Part shown: piece by piece, positions 35,386 through 44,762 of the stretch
Numbering within the stretch: position 1 is the stretch's first letter
How the letters are laid out: each line of letters opens with the position of its first letter
Translations under genes and position numbers: made by a program
DNA from: Candidatus Hadarchaeales archaeon
GTDB taxonomy: Archaea; Hadarchaeota; Hadarchaeia; Hadarchaeales; Hadarchaeaceae
Direction: 5' to 3'
NCBI GenBank assembly: GCA_038851565.1
Contig: JAWCKV010000001.1
Span: 1-50,075, forward strand
Length of the DNA stretch: 50,075 nucleotides
The notes under the pieces: generated by a model
The model's database searches: none
Seen by the model: the letters and a program-made list of their open reading frames with translations, nothing else
Told to the model about the DNA's origin: nothing

Positions 35386-36128
35386 CTCGCCATCACCAGC
35401 GATCTCACCTTCCCCTTCACGTCCCTGGATTTCATTATGGCGCTCCCGACAAGCACCGCGTCCGCCCCCCATTCAATTACCTTCCTCACATCTTCGGGTC
35501 CACTTATTCCGCTCTCGCTGATGACCGTGTGCTCCTCCGGGATAAGATTGATGAGGTCCGCAGTTCTGTTCAGATCAACCCTGAGTGTCCTCATGTCCCT
35601 GTTGTTGATCCCAACCATGTCGGCGCAAGAGGATACCCCTATCTCCACCTCTCCCTCCTCGCCGACCTCCACCAAGGTCTCCATCCCAAGTTGACGGGAC
35701 AGGTCAACAAACCTCTTCGTCTGATCTCCCAAGACGCTGACCATCAGCAGGACCGCGTCGGCTCCGACTGATGCTGCCTCGTAGACCTGGTACTCATGCA
35801 CGATTATGCTCTTGTAAAGGACCGGGACCTCAACTGCACTTCTAACCGTCCTCACCGTCATCGGACTCCCTCCAAAGTACCTCTGCTCTGCCAGAACAGA
35901 TAACCCCACAGCTCCTCCTTCCACCATATCCCTCGCCAGCACGCGCGCGTCTCCGCTCTCCCTTATGCGTCCGTGAGAGGGGGAAGCCCACTTCAGTTCG
36001 GCGACCAGAGGCACATGCGGGGCCCTCTCGATAGCTCTTAAAAGACTCCTCCCTCTCACCGCACGGCTGATTTCAATCGGATTTTTCCTCGCTTTTGCCT
36101 CAACATCCCTGCGAATCTCCTTCACCAT
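35382..36128 (-). CDS. trpC: Indole-3-glycerol phosphate synthase
   Basis: MVKEIRRDVEAK...VAELKWASPS...GLSVLAEQRYFGGS...VPVLYKSIIV..YQ...GADAVLL...LVEV...VGINNRD...ISESGI. The start is set to ATG 36126-36128, 5 nt after the trpD stop. Confidence 0.9.
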   Translation of the reverse strand: MVKEIRRDVEAKARKNPIEISRAVRGRSLLRAIERAPHVPLVAELKWASPSHGRIRESGDARVLARDMVEGGAVGLSVLAEQRYFGGSPMTVRTVRSAVEVPVLYKSIIVHEYQVYEAASVGADAVLLMVSVLGDQTKRFVDLSRQLGMETLVEVGEEGEVEIGVSSCADMVGINNRDMRTLRVDLNRTADLINLIPEEHTVISESGISGPEDVRKVIEWGADAVLVGSAIMKSRDVKGKVRSLVMAR

Positions 36129-36132
36129 CGTC

Positions 36133-37200
36133 TCAAGGAAGCCCACACCTCTCCCTCCATTCCCTGAGCTTTTGAAGATCGCCCCCAGTGGCGCGGACGA
36201 AGTCCTCAACCTTCCTGTACGCCCTTCCGGACTCAACAGACTCTGCAGCGAGCAACACTCCCTCCTGCATGCTGCTGGCTCTTCCACCTAGAAAGATAAC
36301 CGCCCCAGCGTTCAGAAGCACCATATCCCTCGCCCCACCGGGTTGACCCAATAGCGCGCCTAGGAACATTCGGATGTTCCTCTCGAGATCCCCGCCCCTT
36401 ATCCTGTCCTCCTCTATCCTCCTCATGCCGAGGTCCTCCGGTCTGATCACATAGCTCGATATCCTGCCATCGTTCAGCTCCGAAATGAGAGTCTCGCCCG
36501 TAATCGATATCTCGTCGACACCGCTCATGCCGAAGACAACCATCGCCCTGGCCCTGCCCAGCTCTCTGAGGGCCAATACCATCTTCTCAACAAGATCCTG
36601 CGCACACACGCCAAGCAGCTGAACCTTCACGTTTGCGGGGTTGGTGAGGGGACCAAGAAGGTTAAACACAGTTCTGAACCCCAGCTCCCTCCTCACGGCC
36701 GCCACGTTGGCAGCTGCTGGGTGAAATCTGGGTGCAAACATGAACCCCACGCCGGCCTCCTGGATACATCGCTCTACCTCCTGAGGGGGAAGGTCTATTC
36801 TTGCCCCTATTGCCTCAAGCAGATCAGCGCTCCCGACCCTACCAGTGACAGCACGATTCCCGTGCTTCGCTATGGGCACTCCAGCTCCAGCCGCAACGAA
36901 CATGGCCGCTGTGCTCACGTTCATCGTCTTGACGCGATCCCCCCCGGTGCCGCAGGTGTCAACCAGCATGCCTTCCACCTTGGGACTAACTTTAAACGAA
37001 AACCTCTCCATGACTCTAGCAAACGCTACAACCTCGTCCACGGTCTCCCCCTTGGTTCTCAAAGCCGCCAGGAATGCTCCAACCACGGCCGGGGGAGCGC
37101 GACCGGATATTATCTCCTCCATTGCCCCCTCTGCCTCCTCCGAATGAAGATCTTTTCTTTCCACAACCTTATGCAGGGCGCTCAGGAGCGGTCCGTTCAT
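36133..37200 (-). CDS. trpD: Anthranilate phosphoribosyltransferase
   Basis: 355 aa with AFLAALRTKGET, DTCGTGGD, NVSTAAMFVAAGAG, KHGNRA and FAPRFHPA. Confidence 0.95.
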   Translation of the reverse strand: MNGPLLSALHKVVERKDLHSEEAEGAMEEIISGRAPPAVVGAFLAALRTKGETVDEVVAFARVMERFSFKVSPKVEGMLVDTCGTGGDRVKTMNVSTAAMFVAAGAGVPIAKHGNRAVTGRVGSADLLEAIGARIDLPPQEVERCIQEAGVGFMFAPRFHPAAANVAAVRRELGFRTVFNLLGPLTNPANVKVQLLGVCAQDLVEKMVLALRELGRARAMVVFGMSGVDEISITGETLISELNDGRISSYVIRPEDLGMRRIEEDRIRGGDLERNIRMFLGALLGQPGGARDMVLLNAGAVIFLGGRASSMQEGVLLAAESVESGRAYRKVEDFVRATGGDLQKLREWRERCGLP

Positions 37201-37772
37201 GGCTCCATCTCCAGGAAGTTTCTCATTATCCTCATCCCGTGATCGGTCAGTATCGACTCGGGGTGAAACTGGACGCCAAAAACCGGAAGCTCCCTGTGCT
37301 CTATTGCCATTATCTCTCGGTCCTCATCATCGGTGCGGGCGGTAATCCTGAGGGAAGACGGGATGGAGGTTTCCTCAAGGACGAGGGAGTGATATCTGGT
37401 TGCCTGAAATGGGCTGGGAACTCCGGCAAATAGCCTGCTGCCATCATGTGTTACCTTTGAAACCTTGCCGTGCATCAGATTTTTCGCCTGAACTACCCTG
37501 GCCCCGAACACATGGCCTATCGCCTGGTGTCCAAGACACACGCCCAGGATTGGAACTCTCCCTGCGAACCTTCTTATTATATCCGGGGTGAACCCAGCGC
37601 CTTCAGGCCTGCCAGGTCCAGGGGAGATTATCAGCTTCTCAGGCCTCTCCGCCTCAACGTGCTCTGGGGAGGTTCTGTTTGTTAACACCACCGGCTCTGC
37701 CCCGAGCTCGCCCACGCACTGCACCAGGTTGTAGACGAAGCTGTCTATGTTGTCTATAACGACTACACGCAT
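37197..37772 (-). CDS. trpG: Anthranilate synthase component II (glutamine amidotransferase)
   Basis: [17 protein letters not shown]...ISPGPG...ILGVCLGHQAI...FGVQFHPES. The start is set to ATG 37770-37772, overlapping the trpE stop. The Gly/His-rich track extension lies inside trpE. Confidence 0.95.
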   Translation of the reverse strand: MRVVVIDNIDSFVYNLVQCVGELGAEPVVLTNRTSPEHVEAERPEKLIISPGPGRPEGAGFTPDIIRRFAGRVPILGVCLGHQAIGHVFGARVVQAKNLMHGKVSKVTHDGSRLFAGVPSPFQATRYHSLVLEETSIPSSLRITARTDDEDREIMAIEHRELPVFGVQFHPESILTDHGMRIMRNFLEMEP

Positions 37773-39184
37773 CCCGCAGCCTCCATAAGCGCCCTGGCCT
37801 TGTTTTCCGTCTCGTAGTACTCCTTCCATGGGATGGAATCCGCCACCACCCCTGCTCCTACCTGAACAGAGGCCCTCTCCCCCTCTACCACCATGGTCCT
37901 GATGGTTATCGCCATGTCCAGATCCCCCGTGTAGCTCAGACATCCGACTGCCCCCGCGTACACACCCCTTCGTGAGGGCTCGAGTTCATCTATTATCTCC
38001 ATCGCCCTCACCTTGGGAGCGCCTGTAACAGTTCCGGCTGGGAACGTCACCGCCAGCGCATCAAGTCCTGCCGCATCGCTCCTCAACTCCCCCACCACCC
38101 TGGACACAAGATGAACCACATGACTGTACCTCTCAATCTTCATGAACTCCTCCACCCTCACGGAGCCAAACCTGCATACCCTGCCCAGATCATTTCTGCC
38201 CAGGTCCACGAGCATCACGTGCTCCGCGCGCTCCTTTTCATCCGCTACAAGCTCCTTCTCGATCAAACTTCTTCTCCTCCCCCCGCTCAGTCTCCTTGTG
38301 CCGGCTATGGGGCGGGTCTCTACCCTCCTCCCATTAACCTTCACGAGTACCTCTGGACTGGATCCAACGATGGTCCTCGAGGGAAATTCAAAAAGAAACA
38401 TGTAGGGAGAAGGGTTTATCCTCCGGAGCCTTAGATAAAAGCCCCTCAAAGGCGGGGGAGGAGTCATGTCGATCCTCCTAGAAAGAACGGCCTGGATGAT
38501 ATCCCCGCTCCTTATGTACGCCTTTGCCGCACTGACCATCTCCTCAAATCTTTTCCTCGAGATGCTAACTCCTGCCGTAGGTTTTTCACGGGATTCTTCT
38601 GGGCTAGATGAGAAAACTTCACTCCCGGGACTGGTCTCGATTTTTTCCCCATCAACGTACGGCACGAGCGAAAGATGAACGTTCGCGCCGGATACATGAT
38701 CAAAGAGAACGATCCGGCCGGGTACCATGAATTCTATCTCTGGCACCGGGTCTTTTTCCACGCGCACGTTGGGATCGGTCAGGGCATAATCATACCCTAT
38801 GTAGCCGAATGCTCCAACCGCATACCTGTTTAAAGCACCCCGGACTTTAACCCCTCCTAGCATCAGGGCCCTTCCGACCGCCCTCAGCATGTCTTTCTCC
38901 GGGTGTGCTGTTTTCTCCGAGAGTCTGACCACCTCTGCGTTTCCCTCCACCTTGAGCTTGCTGCCTATCGCCATCACGTGCAGCAGGGGATCTGAGCCTA
39001 TTATGGAATACCTTGCAGACTCGCCCGGCCTCTCCGCGGACTCCAAGAGAAAAGAGGGCGCACCTCCTCGCCTGATCTTGAAATACGCAAGAGCCGGATC
39101 TTCCGGACCCTCCCAGCGCGATATTTCCGGGACTAGGACCAAGCCCTCCCCGACGCGCTCTGCGCTCATTCCATTCCCTGCCAT
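37763..39184 (-). CDS. trpE: Anthranilate synthase component I
   Basis: [54 protein letters not shown] and RGVYAGAVG. The start is set to ATG 39182-39184 (alternative 39169). The further track extension has no support. Confidence 0.95.
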   Translation of the reverse strand: MAGNGMSAERVGEGLVLVPEISRWEGPEDPALAYFKIRRGGAPSFLLESAERPGESARYSIIGSDPLLHVMAIGSKLKVEGNAEVVRLSEKTAHPEKDMLRAVGRALMLGGVKVRGALNRYAVGAFGYIGYDYALTDPNVRVEKDPVPEIEFMVPGRIVLFDHVSGANVHLSLVPYVDGEKIETSPGSEVFSSSPEESREKPTAGVSISRKRFEEMVSAAKAYIRSGDIIQAVLSRRIDMTPPPPLRGFYLRLRRINPSPYMFLFEFPSRTIVGSSPEVLVKVNGRRVETRPIAGTRRLSGGRRRSLIEKELVADEKERAEHVMLVDLGRNDLGRVCRFGSVRVEEFMKIERYSHVVHLVSRVVGELRSDAAGLDALAVTFPAGTVTGAPKVRAMEIIDELEPSRRGVYAGAVGCLSYTGDLDMAITIRTMVVEGERASVQVGAGVVADSIPWKEYYETENKARALMEAAGCV

Positions 39185-39212
39185 GTTTCTCCCGAAATTT
39201 CTATTTAATGTA

Positions 39213-39220
39213 TTATTTAA
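39213..39220 (-). promoter_or_regulatory. TATA-box-like element of the trp operon promoter
   Basis: The minus strand reads TTAAATAA about 32 nt upstream of the trpE ATG. A second TTAAATA (39202-39208) lies closer to the ATG. Confidence 0.4.
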
Positions 39221-39238
39221 GACTTTAGTGTATTTTTT

Positions 39239-39244
39239 TGTACA
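39239..39244. promoter_or_regulatory. TGTACA palindrome between the two divergent TATA elements (candidate operator)
   Basis: An exact TGTACA, preceded by the related ATGTAT (39208) and GTGTAT (39228) in the AT-rich spacer. The TRP-box consensus bound by TrpY in Methanothermobacter is TGTACA (recalled from the literature). Confidence 0.25.
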
Positions 39245-39251
39245 TTCTCGG

Positions 39252-39258
39252 TTTATAA
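39252..39258 (+). promoter_or_regulatory. TATA-box-like element for the 39291 ORF
   Basis: TTTATAA lies about 36 nt upstream of ATG 39291, and a GGGGTGG purine tract (39280-39286) lies just before the ATG. Confidence 0.35.
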
Positions 39259-39290
39259 GCCTCCCCCCCACAAAACTACGGGGTGGTAGA

Positions 39291-39605
39291 ATGGAGAGAA
39301 TGCACGAAGATGAGGCGGGTATAAAGGGAAACGTCCCAACTCTCAGGTTGGTGGCACTCAGGGGAGATGGCAACCCATACACCGTAAGCATACCTGTGAG
39401 GAACGGCATGTTCTCCTTAGTGCTTCCTAATGGATACGTGAGCTGGCCGGCTGGAAAACCTTACCCGGAATCGATAAGAGTAAGCCTAGAACACGACACG
39501 CTGTGGGTGAACTTTGGCTTCTCGAGGGAGTTCGGCTTCTATGTTTCCCTGAAGGCAGGCAAAAACGGTGGAAGGGGCGTCAGGTCTTGGCGAAATACCG
39601 GTTGA
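39291..39605 (+). CDS. Hypothetical 104-aa protein, divergent from trpE
   Basis: This is the C-terminal part of track ORF 38889-39605, starting at ATG 39291: MERMHEDEAGIKGNVPTLRLVALRGDGNPYTVSIPVRNGMFSLVLPNGYVSWPAGKPYPESIRVSLEHDTLWVNFGFS.... It looks beta-rich with no HTH, and has its own TATA and SD-like elements. It overlaps the leuA 3' end by 26 nt. Confidence 0.4.
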   Translation: MERMHEDEAGIKGNVPTLRLVALRGDGNPYTVSIPVRNGMFSLVLPNGYVSWPAGKPYPESIRVSLEHDTLWVNFGFSREFGFYVSLKAGKNGGRGVRSWRNTG

Positions 39606-41127
39606 TGCCGTTGATCATGGCCTCGACGCTGGCTATCACCACATCCTCCCTGACGCCCTTGGCAGTGTAGAGGTTTCCCCGCTCGTCCTCAAGCTTCACA
39701 GTCACCTCAGCTAGAGCGTCACTGCCTCCAGTGATGGCGTCGAGATGATACTCCTTCAACCTTAATCCTGAGATCTCCTTCATGACGTTCCTGATTGCCC
39801 CTATAGCGGCGTCCACCGGCCCCACTCCGGTCGCCGACCCAATCCTCTCCTCTCCCCTGAACGATATCCTCACCGAAGCCGTGGGAGTTATCGTGCTCCC
39901 AGTGGTCACAGTGACCTCCTTTAATGCCACGGCCTTTTCCTCCTCTGGCAGGGTGCCTATCACGCTTTCGGCTATCGCCCTGAGATCCGCATCCGTGACC
40001 CTCTTTCCCTTGTCTCCCAGCTCCTTTATGCGACGGGTGATCTCTACCAGCCTGCTCTTGCTGGTTTTTATGCCCAAGTCCTCAAGCTGCTTTTTGACTG
40101 ATTTTGTCCCGGCATGCTTGCCCAGCACCAGCCTCCTGTGATGACCCACGAGCTCCGGTGAAAGAGGCTCATAGGTGCCAGGGAAGCTGAGAACTCCGTG
40201 AACGTGGACTCCTGCCTCATGGGCAAAGGCATTCTCCCCCACAATCGCCTTGTTCGGGGGAACCTGAACTCCCGTGAGCCTCTCCACCAGCTCTGATGTC
40301 TCCACCAGGAGTTCGGTCCTCACCTTGGGCCTTATGTTGTAAAACGCCCTAAGCCCTATCACGACCTCCTCTAAGGAGGCGTTTCCAGCCCTCTCCCCCA
40401 GCCCGTTCACCGCAACGTGCACCTGTTCAGCTCCGGCCTCAACCGCGGCGAGGGAATTTGCCACCGCGAGCCCAAGATCGTCGTGACAGTGCACGCTTAT
40501 TGGCACTTCTATCTTCTCTTTTATCTCAGAAATCAGGTAGTTCATCGCCCTGGGGGTTATCACCCCCACTGTATCAGGCACGTTTATCCTGTCGGCTCCG
40601 GCCTCAACCGCTCTCCTGTAGGCCTCCTGCAGGAACCCCAATTCGCTCCTGCTCGCATCTTCTGCGGAAAACTCCACCTTAACGCCCTGTTTCTTGGTGT
40701 ACCTCACCCACCTGGATATTTCTTCCAAGACCTGCCGCCGGGTCATGCGCAGCTTGTGCTTCAGGTGGATATCGGAAGTCGCGATGAACACGTGGACGCA
40801 TGAAACCCCACACTTGATCGCTGTATCTATGTCCTCCCTGGTGCACCTCGCAAGCGCGCATATCTCCGACCTGAACCCTGAATTCGCTATCGCCGTGACA
40901 GCTGCCCTCTCTCCTTCCGAAACAACTGGAAATCCCGCCTCTACAGCGTCCACCCCTAACTTGTCCAGCTGGCGAGCAATGAGGAGTTTCTGGTCAGGCG
41001 TGAGCGAGACCCCCGGCGTCTGCTCGCCGTCACGAAGGGTCGTGTCGAAGATCCTCACATATTTTGGAAGGCGCAGATCCCTCCCAGCAGCCTTTATTAA
41101 CTCGCTAACGTATACCCTCCTTTCCAT
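39580..41127 (-). CDS. leuA: 2-isopropylmalate synthase (LeuA/CimA family, long form with LeuA-dimer regulatory domain)
   Basis: 515 aa with [46 protein letters not shown] and VNGLGERAGNASLEEVV. The C-terminal domain is [12 protein letters not shown]...GGSDALAEV. Confidence 0.85.
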   Translation of the reverse strand: MERRVYVSELIKAAGRDLRLPKYVRIFDTTLRDGEQTPGVSLTPDQKLLIARQLDKLGVDAVEAGFPVVSEGERAAVTAIANSGFRSEICALARCTREDIDTAIKCGVSCVHVFIATSDIHLKHKLRMTRRQVLEEISRWVRYTKKQGVKVEFSAEDASRSELGFLQEAYRRAVEAGADRINVPDTVGVITPRAMNYLISEIKEKIEVPISVHCHDDLGLAVANSLAAVEAGAEQVHVAVNGLGERAGNASLEEVVIGLRAFYNIRPKVRTELLVETSELVERLTGVQVPPNKAIVGENAFAHEAGVHVHGVLSFPGTYEPLSPELVGHHRRLVLGKHAGTKSVKKQLEDLGIKTSKSRLVEITRRIKELGDKGKRVTDADLRAIAESVIGTLPEEEKAVALKEVTVTTGSTITPTASVRISFRGEERIGSATGVGPVDAAIGAIRNVMKEISGLRLKEYHLDAITGGSDALAEVTVKLEDERGNLYTAKGVREDVVIASVEAMINGINRYFAKT

Positions 41128-41190
41128 GCATGTCCCTGAACTTAATAGGAGGAGTTAATTAATAATCCTCACCAGTGAGTAGGGGATACC

Positions 41191-42675
41191 ATGCCAGCCA
41201 GGATAACTGTGCTTGACACAACACTCAGGGATGGAGAGCAGACGCCGGGGATAGCGCTCACCCCAGATAAAAAGCTCGAGATAGCCATGGCTCTGGACGA
41301 GCTAGGGGTAGACGTGATAGAGGCAGGGAGCGCGGCAACGTCTGACGGCGAAAGGAAGGCTATAAAGATGATAGTGAAGGAGGGCCCGGAGGCGGAGATA
41401 TGCAGCTTTGTACGGGCGCTCAGGGAGGACGTGGACGCGGCGCTGAGATGTGAGGTGGACAGCGTGCATCTGGTCGTACCGGTTTCGGAAACTCACATGA
41501 GGTACAAGCTCCGCAAGAACAGGTCACAGGTTAAGAAAATGGCCTTTGACGCAATGCAGCACGCGCTTGATCACGGACTCAAGGTCGAGCTCTCCGCAGA
41601 GGACGCCAGCCGTGCGGATCCATCCTTTTTGAGGGAATTTCTTTTGGAAGGGGTGAAGGGGGGGGCCCATCGGGTCTGCCTCTGCGACACGGTTGGAGTT
41701 CTCACACCCGAGAGGTCAAAATCCCTGTTCTCCGAGTTCTCGAAGCTCGTGAAGGTTCCCCTCGCAGTCCACTGCCATGATGATTTCGGGATGGCCACCG
41801 CTAACACCCTGCAGGCCGTGCTGGGCGGGGCCAGGGAAGTGCACGTCACTGTGAATGGGCTGGGGGAAAGGGGTGGAAATGCGGCGCTTGAGGAGGTGGT
41901 GCTGGCCCTCTCTCACCTCCACGAACTCAGGACCGGAATAAGGCTGAAAAAGCTCTATCAGACCTCAAAGCTGGTCGAGAGGTTAACGGGAATTCCGCTT
42001 CCTCCGAACAAGGCGGTCGTTGGGGAGAACGCCTTCACGCACGGTGCTGGAATCCACGCCCACGGGGTTCTCGCACACCCATCAACCTATGAGCCAATAT
42101 CTCCAGAGGCCGTGGGGCACCACAGAAAGCTCGTCTTTGGAAAACACGCTGGAATCCACGCGATAGAGAGCGAGCTCAAGAGGCTCGGGCTCAAACCGAC
42201 GAAGCCTCAGCTGAAGGAGATAGTCTCCCAGGTGAAAAGGCTTGGTGATCAGGGGAAGCTGGTGACAGACGCAGAACTCGGAGCAATTGCCAATGAGGTG
42301 ATGGGAAGACGTCCGGAGGATGTGGTGAGGCTGATGGAACTCACTGTGATCAGCGGAAACAGGGTGACGCCAACCTCCTCGGTCAAGGTGAAGTTCGGAG
42401 ACAGGGAGATCACGGAATCCGGGGTGGGGGTCGGCCCGGTGGACGCAGCGATGAACGCAATAAGGAAGATCGTGGAGGACATGGCGCACATAAGGCTCGT
42501 GGAATACCACGTAGACGCCATATCGGGGGGAACCGACGCCCTCGTGAGCGTAATTGTGAAGCTCACTGACGGCAGGAGCATCGTGACCGCGAGGGGCACA
42601 AGCGGGGATATAATAATGGCGAGCGTCCAGGCGCTCCTGAATGGAGTGAACCACCTGCTAGGGAGAAAGAGGTGA
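41191..42675 (+). CDS. cimA: (R)-citramalate synthase-like paralogue of the LeuA/CimA family
   Basis: 494 aa with [60 protein letters not shown] and [21 protein letters not shown]. Its length and these blocks resemble the methanogen CimA as I remember it. The assignment against leuA is not certain. Confidence 0.75.
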   Translation: MPARITVLDTTLRDGEQTPGIALTPDKKLEIAMALDELGVDVIEAGSAATSDGERKAIKMIVKEGPEAEICSFVRALREDVDAALRCEVDSVHLVVPVSETHMRYKLRKNRSQVKKMAFDAMQHALDHGLKVELSAEDASRADPSFLREFLLEGVKGGAHRVCLCDTVGVLTPERSKSLFSEFSKLVKVPLAVHCHDDFGMATANTLQAVLGGAREVHVTVNGLGERGGNAALEEVVLALSHLHELRTGIRLKKLYQTSKLVERLTGIPLPPNKAVVGENAFTHGAGIHAHGVLAHPSTYEPISPEAVGHHRKLVFGKHAGIHAIESELKRLGLKPTKPQLKEIVSQVKRLGDQGKLVTDAELGAIANEVMGRRPEDVVRLMELTVISGNRVTPTSSVKVKFGDREITESGVGVGPVDAAMNAIRKIVEDMAHIRLVEYHVDAISGGTDALVSVIVKLTDGRSIVTARGTSGDIIMASVQALLNGVNHLLGRKR

Positions 42676-42977
42676 GGAAGCTGCCGAAGATATCGCCGCA
42701 GGAGGAGGAAACGCGCCTCAGGGTGCCGCAGAAGGGGGAGATCCTGGGGACTGTCGAGCAGATGTTCGGATTCGACCGCCTCAGGGTGAGATGCAGGGAT
42801 GGAAGGGTGAGGAACTGCAGGATACCCGGGAGGATAAGGAAGAGGCTGTGGGTGAGGGAGGGGGATGTGGTGATAGTCAAGCCGTGGCCGGTTCAGGGGG
42901 AGGAGAGGGGAGATATAGTCCACAGGTACACCTCGACTCAGGTTGAATGGCTGAGAAAGGAGAAGCTCTGGGAGTAG
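42672..42977 (+). CDS. eif1a: Translation initiation factor aIF-1A
   Basis: 101 aa with [56 protein letters not shown]. The GTG start overlaps the upstream TGA. Confidence 0.9.
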   Translation: MRKLPKISPQEEETRLRVPQKGEILGTVEQMFGFDRLRVRCRDGRVRNCRIPGRIRKRLWVREGDVVIVKPWPVQGEERGDIVHRYTSTQVEWLRKEKLWE

Positions 42978-42981
42978 CTGG

Positions 42982-43764
42982 ATGCCCTCTGACATCGATT
43001 CCCTTCTCAGGAGGCTGGAGCGCAGAAAGCCCGAGCGCCTGGAGAAGGACTCGGAGATATTCAAGATAATGGAGAGGGTGTTCGACACCGCGACCCTCCT
43101 GGCGCTCTACCGCATGATAAACAGGGGCGTGATAGACGTTTTTTACGGGGCTGTGTCCACAGGCAAGGAGTCCAATGTCTTCTGCGCCATCGACAGGTCG
43201 GGAAACTACGTGGCTGTGAAGATATACAGGGTTGCGACGTCCAACTTCAAGAGCATGCGCAGGTACCTCATTGGCGATCCGAGGTTCAGAGAAGTGCCGA
43301 ACGACAGGAGGGAGGTGGTATACGCCTGGGCAACGCGGGAGTTCAAGAACCTTCAGAAGGCAAGCGAGGCCGGAGTTCCGGTTCCCCGTCCGATAGACTG
43401 CGAGAACAACGTGCTTGCCATGGAATTCGTGGGGGAGGAGGGTGTGCCCTATCCCAGGATGAAGGATGTCTCACCTGAGAATCCCTCAGGGACCTTTGAG
43501 GTGCTGGTAAAGGCCGTGGGAACCATGTATTCAGAGGCTGAACTCGTGCATTCCGACCTCAGCGAGTACAACGTGCTGCTCACCCCCGATCCTGTCATAA
43601 TAGACCTGTCGATGGGAACTGATGTGAGGAGCCCGATGGCCAGGGAGTACCTAAGGCGCGACGTGGAGAACCTCGCAAGATACTTTTCGCGTCTGGGGGT
43701 CAGCGTTCCCGATCCAGTGAGCCTCATAGAAAAAATCACAGGCGGGTGCCCTGGAACTCGCTGA
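42982..43764 (+). CDS. rio1: RIO-type serine/threonine protein kinase (Rio1)
   Basis: 260 aa with GAVSTGKESNVF, VAVKIYR, WATREFKNL, LVHSDLSEYNVL and IIDLSMG. The aIF-1A/Rio neighbourhood is conserved in archaea. Confidence 0.9.
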   Translation: MPSDIDSLLRRLERRKPERLEKDSEIFKIMERVFDTATLLALYRMINRGVIDVFYGAVSTGKESNVFCAIDRSGNYVAVKIYRVATSNFKSMRRYLIGDPRFREVPNDRREVVYAWATREFKNLQKASEAGVPVPRPIDCENNVLAMEFVGEEGVPYPRMKDVSPENPSGTFEVLVKAVGTMYSEAELVHSDLSEYNVLLTPDPVIIDLSMGTDVRSPMAREYLRRDVENLARYFSRLGVSVPDPVSLIEKITGGCPGTR

Positions 43765-43807
43765 AATATCGTTATAAGCCATCGTGTTAAAGCGTGTTCT
43801 GAGCAAG

Positions 43808-44731
43808 ATGTCGCTGACGCCCACGAAGTACATATGGATGGACGGAAAGCTGGTGCCCTGGAAGAGGGCAACGGTTCACGTCTTAACCCATACCCTTCAC
43901 TATGGGCTTGGAGTCTTCGAGGGGATACGGTGCTACAGGACCCCGAGAGGCCCGGCGGTGTTCAGGCTCAGGGAGCACGTGGAACGTCTGGAGAACTCCG
44001 CAAAAGTTGTTGGAATAAAGATCCCGTACACCCGAAAACAACTGATGGAGGCCACCAAGCGCACCATAAAGGCCAACAGGATGGAGGAGTGCTACATCCG
44101 CCCAATAGTCTTCTATGGATACGGAGTTATGGGGCTAAGTCCGGCTGGTGCGCCGGTGAATACAGCTATCGCGGTCTGGCCTTGGGGCACCTATCTGGGG
44201 ACCGAAGGACTTGAAAAGGGAGTTAGGGCGAAGATATCTCCGTGGGTCCGCATTCATCCGAGCATCCTCCCGCCACACGCAAAGCTTGTGGCAAACTATG
44301 CCAACTCCATCCTCGCCAAGGTGGATGCGCTGAAGTCTGGATATGACGAGGCGATACTGCTCAACACAAAGGGATATGTGGCTGAGGGGCCGGGGGAAAA
44401 CGTGTTCATCGTGAAAAGGGGAAGGCTTATAACCCCACCTCCGTCCGCGGGGGCGCTTCCGGGCATCACGAGGGACTCCATAATGCGGATAGCCAGGGAC
44501 CAGGGCATCCCTGTCGAGGAGAAGGACTTCAGGCCGGAAGACATGTATCGGGCAGATGAGGCTTTCTTCACCGGGACTGCCGCCGAGGTCACGCCGATAA
44601 GGGAGGTCAGCGGAAGAAAGATCGGCGCTGGAACGCGGGGGCCGATGACCGAGAAACTCCAGCGGATTTTCTTTGACGTCGTTCGGGGCAGGGAACAAAG
44701 GTACGAATTCTGGCTGGACTATGTTGAATGA
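43808..44731 (+). CDS. ilvE: Branched-chain amino acid aminotransferase
   Basis: YIWMDGKLVPWKRATVHVLTHTLHYGLGVFEGIRCY, YIRP, PHAKLVANYANSILAK, EGPGENVF, GITRDS and FFTGTAAEVTPI. The start is set to ATG 43808 (track GTG 43784). Confidence 0.9.
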   Translation: MSLTPTKYIWMDGKLVPWKRATVHVLTHTLHYGLGVFEGIRCYRTPRGPAVFRLREHVERLENSAKVVGIKIPYTRKQLMEATKRTIKANRMEECYIRPIVFYGYGVMGLSPAGAPVNTAIAVWPWGTYLGTEGLEKGVRAKISPWVRIHPSILPPHAKLVANYANSILAKVDALKSGYDEAILLNTKGYVAEGPGENVFIVKRGRLITPPPSAGALPGITRDSIMRIARDQGIPVEEKDFRPEDMYRADEAFFTGTAAEVTPIREVSGRKIGAGTRGPMTEKLQRIFFDVVRGREQRYEFWLDYVE

Positions 44732-44762
44732 AACGGAATAAGCGCATCTTTACAGGGAAAAC

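Noticed and set aside
37773-37943. Gly/His/Arg-rich N-terminal extension of the trpG track ORF. Analogous extensions occur for trpE (39185-39409), trpC (36129-36287), trpF (35386-35472), the permease (9824-10027), pdxS (12206-12310), the ABC ATPase (45740-45910) and Trm5 (47247-47492).
   Set aside because: These extensions overlap the preceding gene or its antisense strand. They arise because the ORF tracker takes the most upstream ATG/GTG/TTG. Internal starts give family-typical N-termini and lengths.
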